DNA of 64,000 nt. Source: Algiphilus sp. GTDB lineage: Bacteria > Pseudomonadota > Gammaproteobacteria > Nevskiales > Nevskiaceae. Position 1 is the first letter of the stretch. Every line of letters begins with the position of its first letter. This document shows positions 21,708 to 29,799 of the stretch, piece by piece. A program made the translations under genes and the position numbers. The stretch covers positions 865,385 through 929,384 of the forward strand of contig NZ_OZ244162.1 in the NCBI RefSeq assembly GCF_965216485.1. Direction: 5' to 3'. Under the pieces are notes generated by a model. That model saw only the letters and a program-made list of their open reading frames with translations. It was not told where the DNA came from and ran no database searches.

Positions 21708-22360
21708 GCGCTGGGCTCCGGCCGTGTCAGCAGGGTGGCGTCCGGAAAATGCGCGCGCAGTCGCTGATCGTGGGTCACCACAAGCAGGGCCGCGCCTTCG
21801 CGTTCGCTGGCATCGCGCAGCAGTGCGATGACTTCCTGGGCATTGTCGTCATCGAGGCTGGACGTCGGTTCATCTGCGAGCAGGATCGCGGGTTGGTTGA
21901 TCAGCGCGCGCGCAATGGCCACGCGCTGTGCTTCTCCCTGCGACAGGGTCTCCGGCATGGCATGGGCGCGATGTGCGAGGCCAAGTTGGTCGAGCAGCGC
22001 CAGCGCCCGCGGGCGGTCCGCCGGCCGCCGCCCGAAGTGCTGGGCAAGCATCAAGTTCTGCAGCACGTTGACGGCGCCCACCAGATGGAGCCGCTGAAAG
22101 ATCAGGCCGATGTGCTGCCCGCGGAAGCGATCGCGCGCCGCCGGGCCCAGCGCGCGCAGATCCTGTCCCGCAATGCGCAGCGATCCGGCATCGGGCAGCA
22201 GCAGGCCGGCGAGAATATGCAGCAGCGTGGTCTTGCCGCATCCGGACGGTCCCAGCAGCAAATGGGCCTGCCCGGCATCCAGATGCAGACGATCGAGCGC
22301 CAGCACGGTTTGACCCCCGAATCCATGGCGGAGCTGCTGCGCCTCGATCAGTGGGGGCAT
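21704..22360 (-). CDS. ABC transporter ATP-binding protein (MacB/LolD-like)
   Basis: Walker A GPSGCGKTT, signature LSQGEAQRVAIARAL, Walker B ILLADEPTSSLD. Confidence 0.9.
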   Translation of the reverse strand: MPPLIEAQQLRHGFGGQTVLALDRLHLDAGQAHLLLGPSGCGKTTLLHILAGLLLPDAGSLRIAGQDLRALGPAARDRFRGQHIGLIFQRLHLVGAVNVLQNLMLAQHFGRRPADRPRALALLDQLGLAHRAHAMPETLSQGEAQRVAIARALINQPAILLADEPTSSLDDDNAQEVIALLRDASEREGAALLVVTHDQRLRAHFPDATLLTRPEPSA

Positions 22361-22383
22361 GAAGTGTTACGATATAACATATG
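22361..22383. promoter_or_regulatory. Zur-box-like operator (core TGTTA-cgata-TAACA at 22365-22379)
   Basis: GAAGTGTTACGATATAACATATG matches 18 of 23 positions of the enterobacterial-type Zur consensus as I recall it (GAAATGTTATAwTATAACATTTC). It fills the 20-bp gap between two divergent start codons of zinc-associated genes. Confidence 0.6.
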
Positions 22384-22758
22384 AAAACAGAGCTTCCTCA
22401 CCGGACCGCCTGGCTGGATGCCTGCGGCATATCGCTGACGTCGATGTGTGCCGTGCATTGTCTGCTAGTGCCCGTGTGGCCGCTACTGGGCATGGCCTTG
22501 CTTGCCGACCCGCGTGTCGAGCAGTGGGCCCTGATGGCGTCCATGGCCATTGCCGTTCTCGCCATTGGGCATGGTGTCTGCGTGCATCACCGCAAGGCCC
22601 TGCCGCTGTTGCTGATGCTGGCTGGCTTCGGCCTGTATCTCAACAAGGGTTTCCTGGGCGAAGGGCCTGAACCGCTGCAGCTGACCGTCGGCGTAGCCCT
22701 GGTGGCGGGCGCGCATGGGCTCAACCTCCGGTGCCGACGGGGCGCGGCGACTCAGTGA
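22381..22758 (+). CDS. MerC-family small membrane protein
   Basis: 125 aa with about 4 TM segments. It has the N-terminal cysteine motif SLTSMCAVHCLLVP plus a His cluster GHGVCVHH, and resembles MerC-domain proteins. Confidence 0.6.
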   Translation: MKTELPHRTAWLDACGISLTSMCAVHCLLVPVWPLLGMALLADPRVEQWALMASMAIAVLAIGHGVCVHHRKALPLLLMLAGFGLYLNKGFLGEGPEPLQLTVGVALVAGAHGLNLRCRRGAATQ

Positions 22759-23204
22759 TCGTGATAGTGATCCTCGCCGTGGTCGTGCACATGTAGGTCA
22801 TAGGACAGCGTGAGCAACTGGCCGTCCGCCTGTTCCAGCGCCAGTTGCAGATTGACGCTCTTGACTTCCGCCCACTGCACCGGCGCGGCGTCGATCAGAA
22901 TGCGATAGCCATCATCGGGGATGCGCAGGGTCTGTCCGGCACTGAGGGCAATGGCGGGTAGCTGCTGTTCCGGCGCGGTGCTCAGCAGGCGCGCATTGTC
23001 GCTGCCCGCCACCGACGCCCCCACCAGCCGCACGCTCTGCTGCAGGCCGTTGCGAAGACGCAGATGCAACTCGGCGGGTGCATCCTCCGACGGTCTTTCC
23101 ACCCAGCCATCTTCGATGGACACCGTGCGTGATCCGGAGCAGGCCGCCAGCAGGGTGGCGAGTGCCAGCAGCCATGCGGATATCGAAAGTGGACGTGAAG
23201 CCAT
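22752..23204 (-). CDS. Lipoprotein with a beta-sandwich (PCuAC/DUF461-like) body and a His-rich C-terminal tail
   Basis: I prefer the ATG at 23204 (the listed ORF starts at a TTG at 23222). Lipobox LLAACSG. The C-terminus is DLHVHDHGEDHYHDH. Its stop overlaps the MerC-like gene end by 7 nt (convergent). Confidence 0.55.
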   Translation of the reverse strand: MASRPLSISAWLLALATLLAACSGSRTVSIEDGWVERPSEDAPAELHLRLRNGLQQSVRLVGASVAGSDNARLLSTAPEQQLPAIALSAGQTLRIPDDGYRILIDAAPVQWAEVKSVNLQLALEQADGQLLTLSYDLHVHDHGEDHYHDH

Positions 23205-23246
23205 GGTCGGGTGCGTCGCCAAGGAAAAAGGGGGGCGGGTACGGTC

Positions 23247-23879
23247 TCAGTCGAGCCAATCGATGGTTGCGATCAGACGCGCAGTATGCCCGTCGACCGC
23301 CGGTGAGCGGTGCACAAGGCCGTTGCCTTCGTTACCCAGCCAGTGTTCTCCCTTCATCAGCGCGACGTCGCCGGCGCGCAGTTGCTGCGGTTCCGCCTGC
23401 GCACTGGATGCAGTGCCTGATGCACCCAGGTGGTCGCGGTCCACGACATGCTTGGGTAGCCATTCGGTGCCGGGGCCGCAGAAGGTCGCGATCATGCGTA
23501 CCGGAATGCGGTCGACGTGGAAGCGGGGACACATCGCGCGGTCCAGCGCCGTGATGCGCAGCCCAATGGCGGGAGGCTCGAACAGTTCCGCGAACATGCG
23601 GGCGCAGTCAGTTACTGCCACCAGCAGTGGGTTCAGTGCGGGGTCGGTGGGCCAGCGACGGCGCACATCGGCATCGACCGCTGCTGCCGTGCCGTGGCTG
23701 TTGCACAGAAAGCCCGGTCGCGCCCGGCATAGCGTTTCGGCGCCAAGCCGCGCCTGCCAATCGAGACCCCCTTCCCAGACCGCCAGATTGACGCCGGGCT
23801 GGTAGATCTCCGCGAGTACGGCAGCGTTCGGGCCACCGGCGTACTGGGTCATCGCGTGCGCGGGGCTGAGGGTTTCCAT
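23247..23879 (-). CDS. DUF1826 domain protein
   Basis: The motifs MCPRFHVDRIPVRMIATFCGPGTEW and GLVHRSP match what I recall for DUF1826. The start shares 1 nt with the stop of the upstream COG0523 gene. Confidence 0.7.
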   Translation of the reverse strand: METLSPAHAMTQYAGGPNAAVLAEIYQPGVNLAVWEGGLDWQARLGAETLCRARPGFLCNSHGTAAAVDADVRRRWPTDPALNPLLVAVTDCARMFAELFEPPAIGLRITALDRAMCPRFHVDRIPVRMIATFCGPGTEWLPKHVVDRDHLGASGTASSAQAEPQQLRAGDVALMKGEHWLGNEGNGLVHRSPAVDGHTARLIATIDWLD

Positions 23880-25084
23880 CAGGCGGCTTCCTCCTCTTGG
23901 GTCCAGTCGGGGAACGGGTCCGGCAGGCGGGCCCAGGCTTGCGGCCCGCCAGCCAGCTCTTCATCGCTGAGCAGTGCCGCATTGAGCTGGCTACGAATGG
24001 CGGCCTGATCCAGGCCCTGGCCGATGAAGATCAGCTCCTGTCGGCGGTCGCCGAAGGCCTCGCTGCTTCGCTGTGCCATCTGCTCGCGCCAGGCCGAATC
24101 CTCCGGCCATTGCGACGCGGGCACCGCGGCCCACCAGTTACCCGCCGGTCCGTGGCGCATGATGCCGCCGGCCTGTGACCACTGCCCGGCAATATCGAAG
24201 CGGGTCGCCAGCCAGAAGAAGCCCTTGGAGCGCAGCAAGGTGCCGGACCACTGCGGCTTGGTGATCGTGTCCCAGAAGCGCTGCGGGTGGAACGGACGAT
24301 CGGCGCGGTAAACCATGCTCGCGATGCCGTGCTCCTCGGTTTCCGGAATATGCGTGCCGCGCAGTTCCTGCAGCCAGCCTGGCGCGGCGGCGGCGCGCTC
24401 GAAGGAGAAGCGCCCGGTGTTGAGCAGCTTGTCGAGGGGAAGCTGACCGAAGGTGGCGGGGATGATCTCGGCGTGGCGATTCAGCTGCAGGAGCAGCGCG
24501 GTGAGCCGTTCGCGCTCTGCCTGACTGATCAGCTCGATCTTGTTGAGGATGAGAATGTCCGCGAATTCCACCTGGTCGACCAGAAGATCGGCGACGGTGC
24601 GGTTGTCATCCTCGCCGAGGCTTTGGCCGCGTTCGTCGAGTTCGTCAGCCTGTTCGAGGTCGACGGCGATATGGACCGCGTCGACCACGGTCACCATGGT
24701 GTCGAGGCGCGCCAGATCGGACAGGCTCTTGCCGTGCTCATCGCGAAAGGTGAAGGTCTCGGCCACAGGGAGCGGTTCCGAGATGCCGGTGGACTCGATC
24801 ACCAGTGCGTCGAAGCGGTCTTCACGCGCCAGCTTCGCCACCTCGATCAGAAGATCCTCGCGCAAGGTGCAGCAGATGCAGCCGTTCGACATCTCCACCA
24901 GGCGCTCGTCGGCGCGATGGAGCTGGACGTCGCGGCTGACGAGGTCGGCGTCAATATTCACGTCCGACATGTCGTTGACGATGACCGCTACGCGCCGCCC
25001 ATCCCGGTTATTGAGAATGTGATTGAGCGTGGTTGTCTTGCCCGCTCCGAGAAAACCCGAGAGCACCGTGACCGGTAGCGTCAT
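23879..25084 (-). CDS. zigA: COG0523-family GTPase, zinc metallochaperone (ZigA/YeiR/ZagA-like)
   Basis: P-loop [15 protein letters not shown] and metal-binding [12 protein letters not shown] (CxCC). C-terminal CobW_C-like domain. I prefer the ATG at 25084 over the TTG at 25096. Confidence 0.9.
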   Translation of the reverse strand: MTLPVTVLSGFLGAGKTTTLNHILNNRDGRRVAVIVNDMSDVNIDADLVSRDVQLHRADERLVEMSNGCICCTLREDLLIEVAKLAREDRFDALVIESTGISEPLPVAETFTFRDEHGKSLSDLARLDTMVTVVDAVHIAVDLEQADELDERGQSLGEDDNRTVADLLVDQVEFADILILNKIELISQAERERLTALLLQLNRHAEIIPATFGQLPLDKLLNTGRFSFERAAAAPGWLQELRGTHIPETEEHGIASMVYRADRPFHPQRFWDTITKPQWSGTLLRSKGFFWLATRFDIAGQWSQAGGIMRHGPAGNWWAAVPASQWPEDSAWREQMAQRSSEAFGDRRQELIFIGQGLDQAAIRSQLNAALLSDEELAGGPQAWARLPDPFPDWTQEEEAA

Positions 25085-25093
25085 GCGAATCAC

Positions 25094-25116
25094 CAAATGT
25101 TATAACATTGCTAATG
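25094..25116. promoter_or_regulatory. Zur-box-like operator (perfect palindrome AATGTTATAACATT at 25096-25109)
   Basis: A perfect 14-bp palindrome. Its left half AAATGTTATA equals the Zur consensus half-site. It lies 12 nt upstream of the zigA ATG, in the divergent zigA/folE gap, and overlaps a -10-like TATAAC on the zigA strand. Confidence 0.55.
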
Positions 25117-25195
25117 ATCGCATTGCGGCCATGGGCTGGCAATGCCCCGGCGGCGCCGCTGTATCGGCGAGGAGCCGCTGCCTTTCCAACCCACG

Positions 25196-25825
25196 ATGCA
25201 GGAGATGCACGCCATGGATGATGAGCGGGCACTGACCACGGAAGCCCGGCAGGGCGCAGAGCGCCATCGGCCGACGCGGGGGGCCGCCGAAGCCGCCGTC
25301 GACACCCTCATTCGATGGGCCGGGGATGATCCATCGCGTGAAGGCCTGCGCGATACGCCCCAACGCGTCGTGCGCGCCTACGAGGAATTCTTCAGCGGTT
25401 ACGGCGAAAACCCGCGGCAGCCCCTGTCACGCACCTTTGAAGAGGTCGCCGACTATCAGGGCATCGTGCTGCTGCGCGACATCCGCCTGGAATCGCATTG
25501 CGAGCACCACATCGTGCCGATCATCGGCACCGCCCACGTGGCCTATCTCCCGGATCGCCGCGTTGTCGGCATCAGCAAGCTGGTGCGCGTGGTGCACGTC
25601 CTGGCGCGCCGTCTGCAGACGCAGGAGACGCTGACTGCGCAGATTGCGCAGGTGCTCGATGAGGCTCTTGCGCCGCGCGGTGTGGGCGTGCTGATTGACG
25701 CCGCGCATCAATGCATGACGACGCGCGGGGTACGCGATGTGGGCGTGTCCACCGTCACCAGTCATTTCACGGGGGATTTCGCCTCCGACACGGCCCTGCA
25801 GGATCGCCTCTGGCGCCTGCTCTGA
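25196..25825 (+). CDS. folE: GTP cyclohydrolase I, type IA (zinc-dependent FolE)
   Basis: Motifs [38 protein letters not shown] and HQCMTTRGV give the Cys/His/Cys zinc ligand pattern of FolE type IA. The start is uncertain among ATGs at 25196, 25205 and 25214. Confidence 0.9.
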   Translation: MQEMHAMDDERALTTEARQGAERHRPTRGAAEAAVDTLIRWAGDDPSREGLRDTPQRVVRAYEEFFSGYGENPRQPLSRTFEEVADYQGIVLLRDIRLESHCEHHIVPIIGTAHVAYLPDRRVVGISKLVRVVHVLARRLQTQETLTAQIAQVLDEALAPRGVGVLIDAAHQCMTTRGVRDVGVSTVTSHFTGDFASDTALQDRLWRLL

Positions 25826-25967
25826 GCCCTCGCGCTGGGCGTCATCACCCAGCGGCCATGCTCCTGCCGGCTGGCGTCACGCGCAGCGTTGCGCGAAGAT
25901 GCACGGATTCGCCACGAAAAAGCGCAGATCACGCGCAAACAGAGCGAAGCCAACAGGAGGAGACAGC

Positions 25968-27122
25968 ATGGGCACAGACCCCGAATCGGGCGCGCCTGGG
26001 GACGAAACACCGCGCAGCCTTTCCCGTCGCGTCGTATTGCAGTGCGGCGGCGTGGTGTGCCTGCAGGCCTGGCTGCTGCCGATGGCGGGCTGCGGCACCT
26101 CGACCGCACCCGCCGCCGCCAGTGGGTCGGCATTGCGCGGACCGGAAAAGGCGACGCCCTTCGCGCGCTTCCTGACCGCATCCGAGCGCGCCACCTTGCG
26201 CGCGCTGGTCGACCGCTTGATTCCCGCGGACCTCACACCGGGTGCGGCGGTGGCAGAGGCCGAAAACGCCATCGACGCCTTTCTTGCCGCCTTCCTCACC
26301 GATCCGCCCCTGATCTATGCCGGTGGCCCCTTCTCGGACCGCGCCGGTGCCGCCGACAACGATTTCGAACGCTTCATTCCCCTCGATGCTTACGAGGCTC
26401 TGGCCTGGCGCCTGGTCATCGAAGGCTCGCAAGGTCTGCCTGAGCGCGAGTTCAATGGCCCTATCAAGGGATTGCAGCAGATCTACCGCGAAGGCTTGGC
26501 GCGGCTGGACGTGCGCGCGCAGCAGCTCGCTACCGGCATCCTGCCCGCCGCGCTGGGCGACATCGTCGCGGCGCAGCTCGCCGACATTGGCCTGGACACG
26601 GTGCTGGCACAGGTTGACGCCCTTGCCGGCAATGAGGGCTTTGCCGATCTCCCTGCACCGCTGCGCGACCTGATCCTGTTCGACCCGAGTGACGCGACCG
26701 TGCAGGCGCTGGTCGATGTCGCCTTTCCCGACACCCTGGCCGGGACCTATGGGCCGCCCGAATATGGCGGCAATCGTGATCTGGTCGGCTGGACGCTCGC
26801 CGATTTCGACGGCGATGTGCAGCCACGCGGCTACAGCGACGATGCCGTGGTCAATGCCGATCAACCCGGACCCTTCGACAGCCTGCTGCCACCTTCCTAC
26901 GGACGCGGTGCCGAGGGCACAGCGGCAACGGCCAGGGCGGGCGCGTCCCACACTGGCGTGGCGGACGTCGTGACGCTGCCACTGGTCGTCGCGCCCAGTG
27001 AAAGCCTGGCCGCCATCATTCTGGATGCCGGTGGCTCGCTGACCGCGCTGAAACGTTGCCTGGCGCCCTGGACGACGCCGCCGGCCGACGCAATCTGGAC
27101 CTGGAGCGCCGACCATGCCTGA
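25968..27122 (+). CDS. Gluconate 2-dehydrogenase subunit 3-family protein (TAT-exported small subunit of a GMC dehydrogenase)
   Basis: AGGAGG RBS. Twin-arginine-like SRRVVLQCGG followed by a hydrophobic stretch. It overlaps the downstream GMC gene by 8 nt. Confidence 0.65.
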   Translation: MGTDPESGAPGDETPRSLSRRVVLQCGGVVCLQAWLLPMAGCGTSTAPAAASGSALRGPEKATPFARFLTASERATLRALVDRLIPADLTPGAAVAEAENAIDAFLAAFLTDPPLIYAGGPFSDRAGAADNDFERFIPLDAYEALAWRLVIEGSQGLPEREFNGPIKGLQQIYREGLARLDVRAQQLATGILPAALGDIVAAQLADIGLDTVLAQVDALAGNEGFADLPAPLRDLILFDPSDATVQALVDVAFPDTLAGTYGPPEYGGNRDLVGWTLADFDGDVQPRGYSDDAVVNADQPGPFDSLLPPSYGRGAEGTAATARAGASHTGVADVVTLPLVVAPSESLAAIILDAGGSLTALKRCLAPWTTPPADAIWTWSADHA

Positions 27123-28821
27123 GGCCATCGTCATCGGATCGGGCCCGGCCGGTGCCATTGCGGCCCATGAGCTTGCCCAGCAAGGCTGGTCGGTGACCGT
27201 GCTGGAGCGCGGCCGCAATCTGCGGCCCGGCTTCGGCGAAGTCGACAGCGGTGATCTGGGCACGCTCTACAGCAGCGACGAGATCAAGACCAACCGTGGC
27301 TTCGGCTACCCGCATCCGCTGCTCGAACCGATCACCGGCCGCACGCGGGGCGAGGCCGGTGAGGGCACGCGCCGCAGCGTGCAGGGCACGCACGTCTCGC
27401 TCGGTGCCGCCGTGGGTGGCACATCGCTGCATTACAACGCCAAGTTTCCGCGCTTCTGGAAGCGCGACTTCAAGCAACTGTCCGAGCTGGGCCCCATCGA
27501 CGGGGCACAGGTCGCGGACTGGCCGATCAGCTACGACGACCTCGCCCCCTATTACGACGAGGTTGAGCGCACCATCGGCGTGCAGGGCGATGTCAGCCTG
27601 ATGCCAGCACGCACGCTGGAACAGTCACCGCGCAGCGGCCCCTTCATCATGCCGCCGAACCCGACGGGCTACGCCGCCCGGCTGCTCGCGCGCGGCGCAC
27701 TCAATGTCGGCTGGGAACCCTATCCCTATCCGGCCGCAGTCAATTCGGTGCCTTTCGATGGCCGTCCGGCCTGCAACTCCTGCGGGCTGTGTTCTTCCTT
27801 CGGCTGTCCGATCAACGCCCGTGGCGACGCCATGGTCAGCTACCTCAACCCGGCGGTGCGCAGTGGGCGCGTGCGCGTCATCGAGCGCGCCCTGGTCCAT
27901 CGCATTGCCACCACGCCGGACGGTCGGCGCGCCAGCGATGTGCATTATTTCGATGCGGACGGAGCGCCCAAGCGCATCAGCGCCGACAAGGTGCTGCTGG
28001 CCGCCAGCCCGGTGCAGACCGCCCGGTTGTTGCTGATGTCCGCCAGCAGCGCCCATCCGCTGGGCCTGGGCAATGGTTCGGACCAGGTTGGCCGCAATGT
28101 CATGTTTCACTTCTTCACCATCGGCGGCGCTCTTTTCGCGCGCGACATCCAGTCGCTGCGCGCGCAGAGCACGACAGTGCAGGTGGACGATCTCACCGGT
28201 CCCTTCACCGGCGCCGAGGCAAGGGCCTTCGGTCTGCCCTACATCAAGGGTGGCCTGATTCAGGTGGGCAGCTCGCTGCCGCTGCTGCAGGAGGCCAATC
28301 TTTACGCCGGCCTTGGTGCGCCCTTCGGCACAGCGCACAAGACCTTGATGCAGACCGGTCTGGTGCGGCGGCGTCTGGCAGGCATTCAGTTCGTCGGCGA
28401 GGATCTGCCGCAGGCGCGCAATCGTGTCGACCTTGATCCGGACGTCAAGGACTGGCGCGGCCTGCCCGCGCCGCGTGTGACCTACGCACCGCATGCCCAC
28501 GACCGGGCCGCAGCCACCCTCACCGCGCCCCGCCTGCTGGCCATGCTGCAGGCGACGCCGGGGGCCACCGGTGCCGTGGTGCTGCCGGAGCCGCTGCTGT
28601 CCGATCAGCCTTCGATCACCGCGCACCATGCCGGCACGGCGCGTTTCGGTGACGACCCCGCCACCAGCGTCTGCGATCCCTGGGGCAAGCTGCACGAGGT
28701 GGAGAATGTCCACGTGGTGGACGGTTCGCTGTTCCCTACCTTTCCCGGCTACAACCCGACGCTGACGGTCCTCGCCAGCTCGTTGCGCATCGCACGGGCC
28801 ATCGGCGAAGGGCGCGCATAG
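27115..28821 (+). CDS. GMC family FAD-dependent oxidoreductase
   Basis: N-terminal Rossmann IVIGSGPAGAIAAHELAQQGWSVTVLERG and C-terminal HHAGTARFG...NVHVVDGSLFPT (GMC C-terminal motif). Confidence 0.85.
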   Translation: MPEAIVIGSGPAGAIAAHELAQQGWSVTVLERGRNLRPGFGEVDSGDLGTLYSSDEIKTNRGFGYPHPLLEPITGRTRGEAGEGTRRSVQGTHVSLGAAVGGTSLHYNAKFPRFWKRDFKQLSELGPIDGAQVADWPISYDDLAPYYDEVERTIGVQGDVSLMPARTLEQSPRSGPFIMPPNPTGYAARLLARGALNVGWEPYPYPAAVNSVPFDGRPACNSCGLCSSFGCPINARGDAMVSYLNPAVRSGRVRVIERALVHRIATTPDGRRASDVHYFDADGAPKRISADKVLLAASPVQTARLLLMSASSAHPLGLGNGSDQVGRNVMFHFFTIGGALFARDIQSLRAQSTTVQVDDLTGPFTGAEARAFGLPYIKGGLIQVGSSLPLLQEANLYAGLGAPFGTAHKTLMQTGLVRRRLAGIQFVGEDLPQARNRVDLDPDVKDWRGLPAPRVTYAPHAHDRAAATLTAPRLLAMLQATPGATGAVVLPEPLLSDQPSITAHHAGTARFGDDPATSVCDPWGKLHEVENVHVVDGSLFPTFPGYNPTLTVLASSLRIARAIGEGRA

Positions 28822-28833
28822 GAGACCCCGCGC

Positions 28834-29793
28834 ATGATCCGCAAATCTGTCTGCCTGGCGATCCTTTTCGCCCTCGTCGTGCCGCTATCCGGCTGCGGCG
28901 GCGGGCACAGCACCGGCGAAACGGCGATCGAAAACGGCGGCTTCCGCCTGCTTGTCTTCACCCGCACGGAAGGTTTTCGCCATGCCTCCATTCCCACCGG
29001 CGTGGAAACTGTCGAGCAGCTCGGCGTGATGCACGGCTTCGAGGTCGAACATACCGAGGACCCCGCGGCATTCAATGCCGAGAATCTGGCGCGTTTCGCC
29101 GCCGTGATGTGGCTCAACACCACCGGCGATGTCCTGGACGAGGGGCAGCAGCGCGCCTTCGAGGACTACATCGCGGCCGGTGGCGGCTATGTCGGCGTAC
29201 ATTCCGCCTCGGATACCGAGTTCGACTGGCCCTTTTACGGCCAACTGGTGGGCGCCTATTTCAAGAATCACCCGGTGTTCCCCGTCACCGCCGAGGAAGG
29301 CCCGGGCGTGCAGCAGGGCGTGCTGCGACGCGAGGCAGCCGAGCACCCTTCGACCGCGCATCTGCCCGAGCAATGGACGCTTGAGGATGAGTTCTACGCC
29401 TTCCAAAGCAATCCGCGCGGTGTGGTGCGCGTGCTGATGAACATCGACGAGGACAGCTACGACCAGGACCCGAATACCAGCAATCTTCCGGGTCGCGATG
29501 GCTTCCCGCTGGGGGAGACCGGGCAGATGAACGACCATCCGATGAGCTGGTGCCACGACAATCTCGGTGGCATGGCCTGGTATAGCGCCATCGGTCACAG
29601 CATCGGGCTTTACGACGACGGCGACTTTCGCCAGCACCTGCTGGGCGGCATTCTCACCGCCGCACGCCGCCAACCGGCCGACTGCGCACCGCGCGAGGAT
29701 GGTCCGCTGGCAGAGCCGGAGGAAGGCCCGGCCGCGCCGCAGCAGATTCCGCTGCTCGACGAAATCGCTGACGCCCTGGCGCCGCCAGCCTGA
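28834..29793 (+). CDS. ThuA domain lipoprotein
   Basis: Lipobox PLSGCGG. LLVFTRTEGFRHASIP, YVGVHSASDTEFDWPFY and MSWCH resemble ThuA (trehalose-utilisation-like) proteins. Confidence 0.75.
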   Translation: MIRKSVCLAILFALVVPLSGCGGGHSTGETAIENGGFRLLVFTRTEGFRHASIPTGVETVEQLGVMHGFEVEHTEDPAAFNAENLARFAAVMWLNTTGDVLDEGQQRAFEDYIAAGGGYVGVHSASDTEFDWPFYGQLVGAYFKNHPVFPVTAEEGPGVQQGVLRREAAEHPSTAHLPEQWTLEDEFYAFQSNPRGVVRVLMNIDEDSYDQDPNTSNLPGRDGFPLGETGQMNDHPMSWCHDNLGGMAWYSAIGHSIGLYDDGDFRQHLLGGILTAARRQPADCAPREDGPLAEPEEGPAAPQQIPLLDEIADALAPPA

Positions 29794-29799
29794 GCCCGA

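Noticed and set aside
22752-23204. Annotating the His-tailed lipoprotein as a copper chaperone (PCuAC).
   Set aside because: The resemblance is only in size and beta-rich pattern. The Met/His copper-ligand positions I associate with PCuAC are not evident, and the genomic context is zinc-related. I kept it as a His-rich lipoprotein of unknown specificity.
25196-25825. Calling this gene folE2 (the zinc-independent GTP cyclohydrolase IB) because it sits beside a COG0523 gene and a Zur-like box.
   Set aside because: The sequence has the type IA hallmarks ([14 protein letters not shown], about 210 aa), not the FolE2/DUF198-type architecture. I therefore annotated it as type IA and reported the unusual context as a finding.
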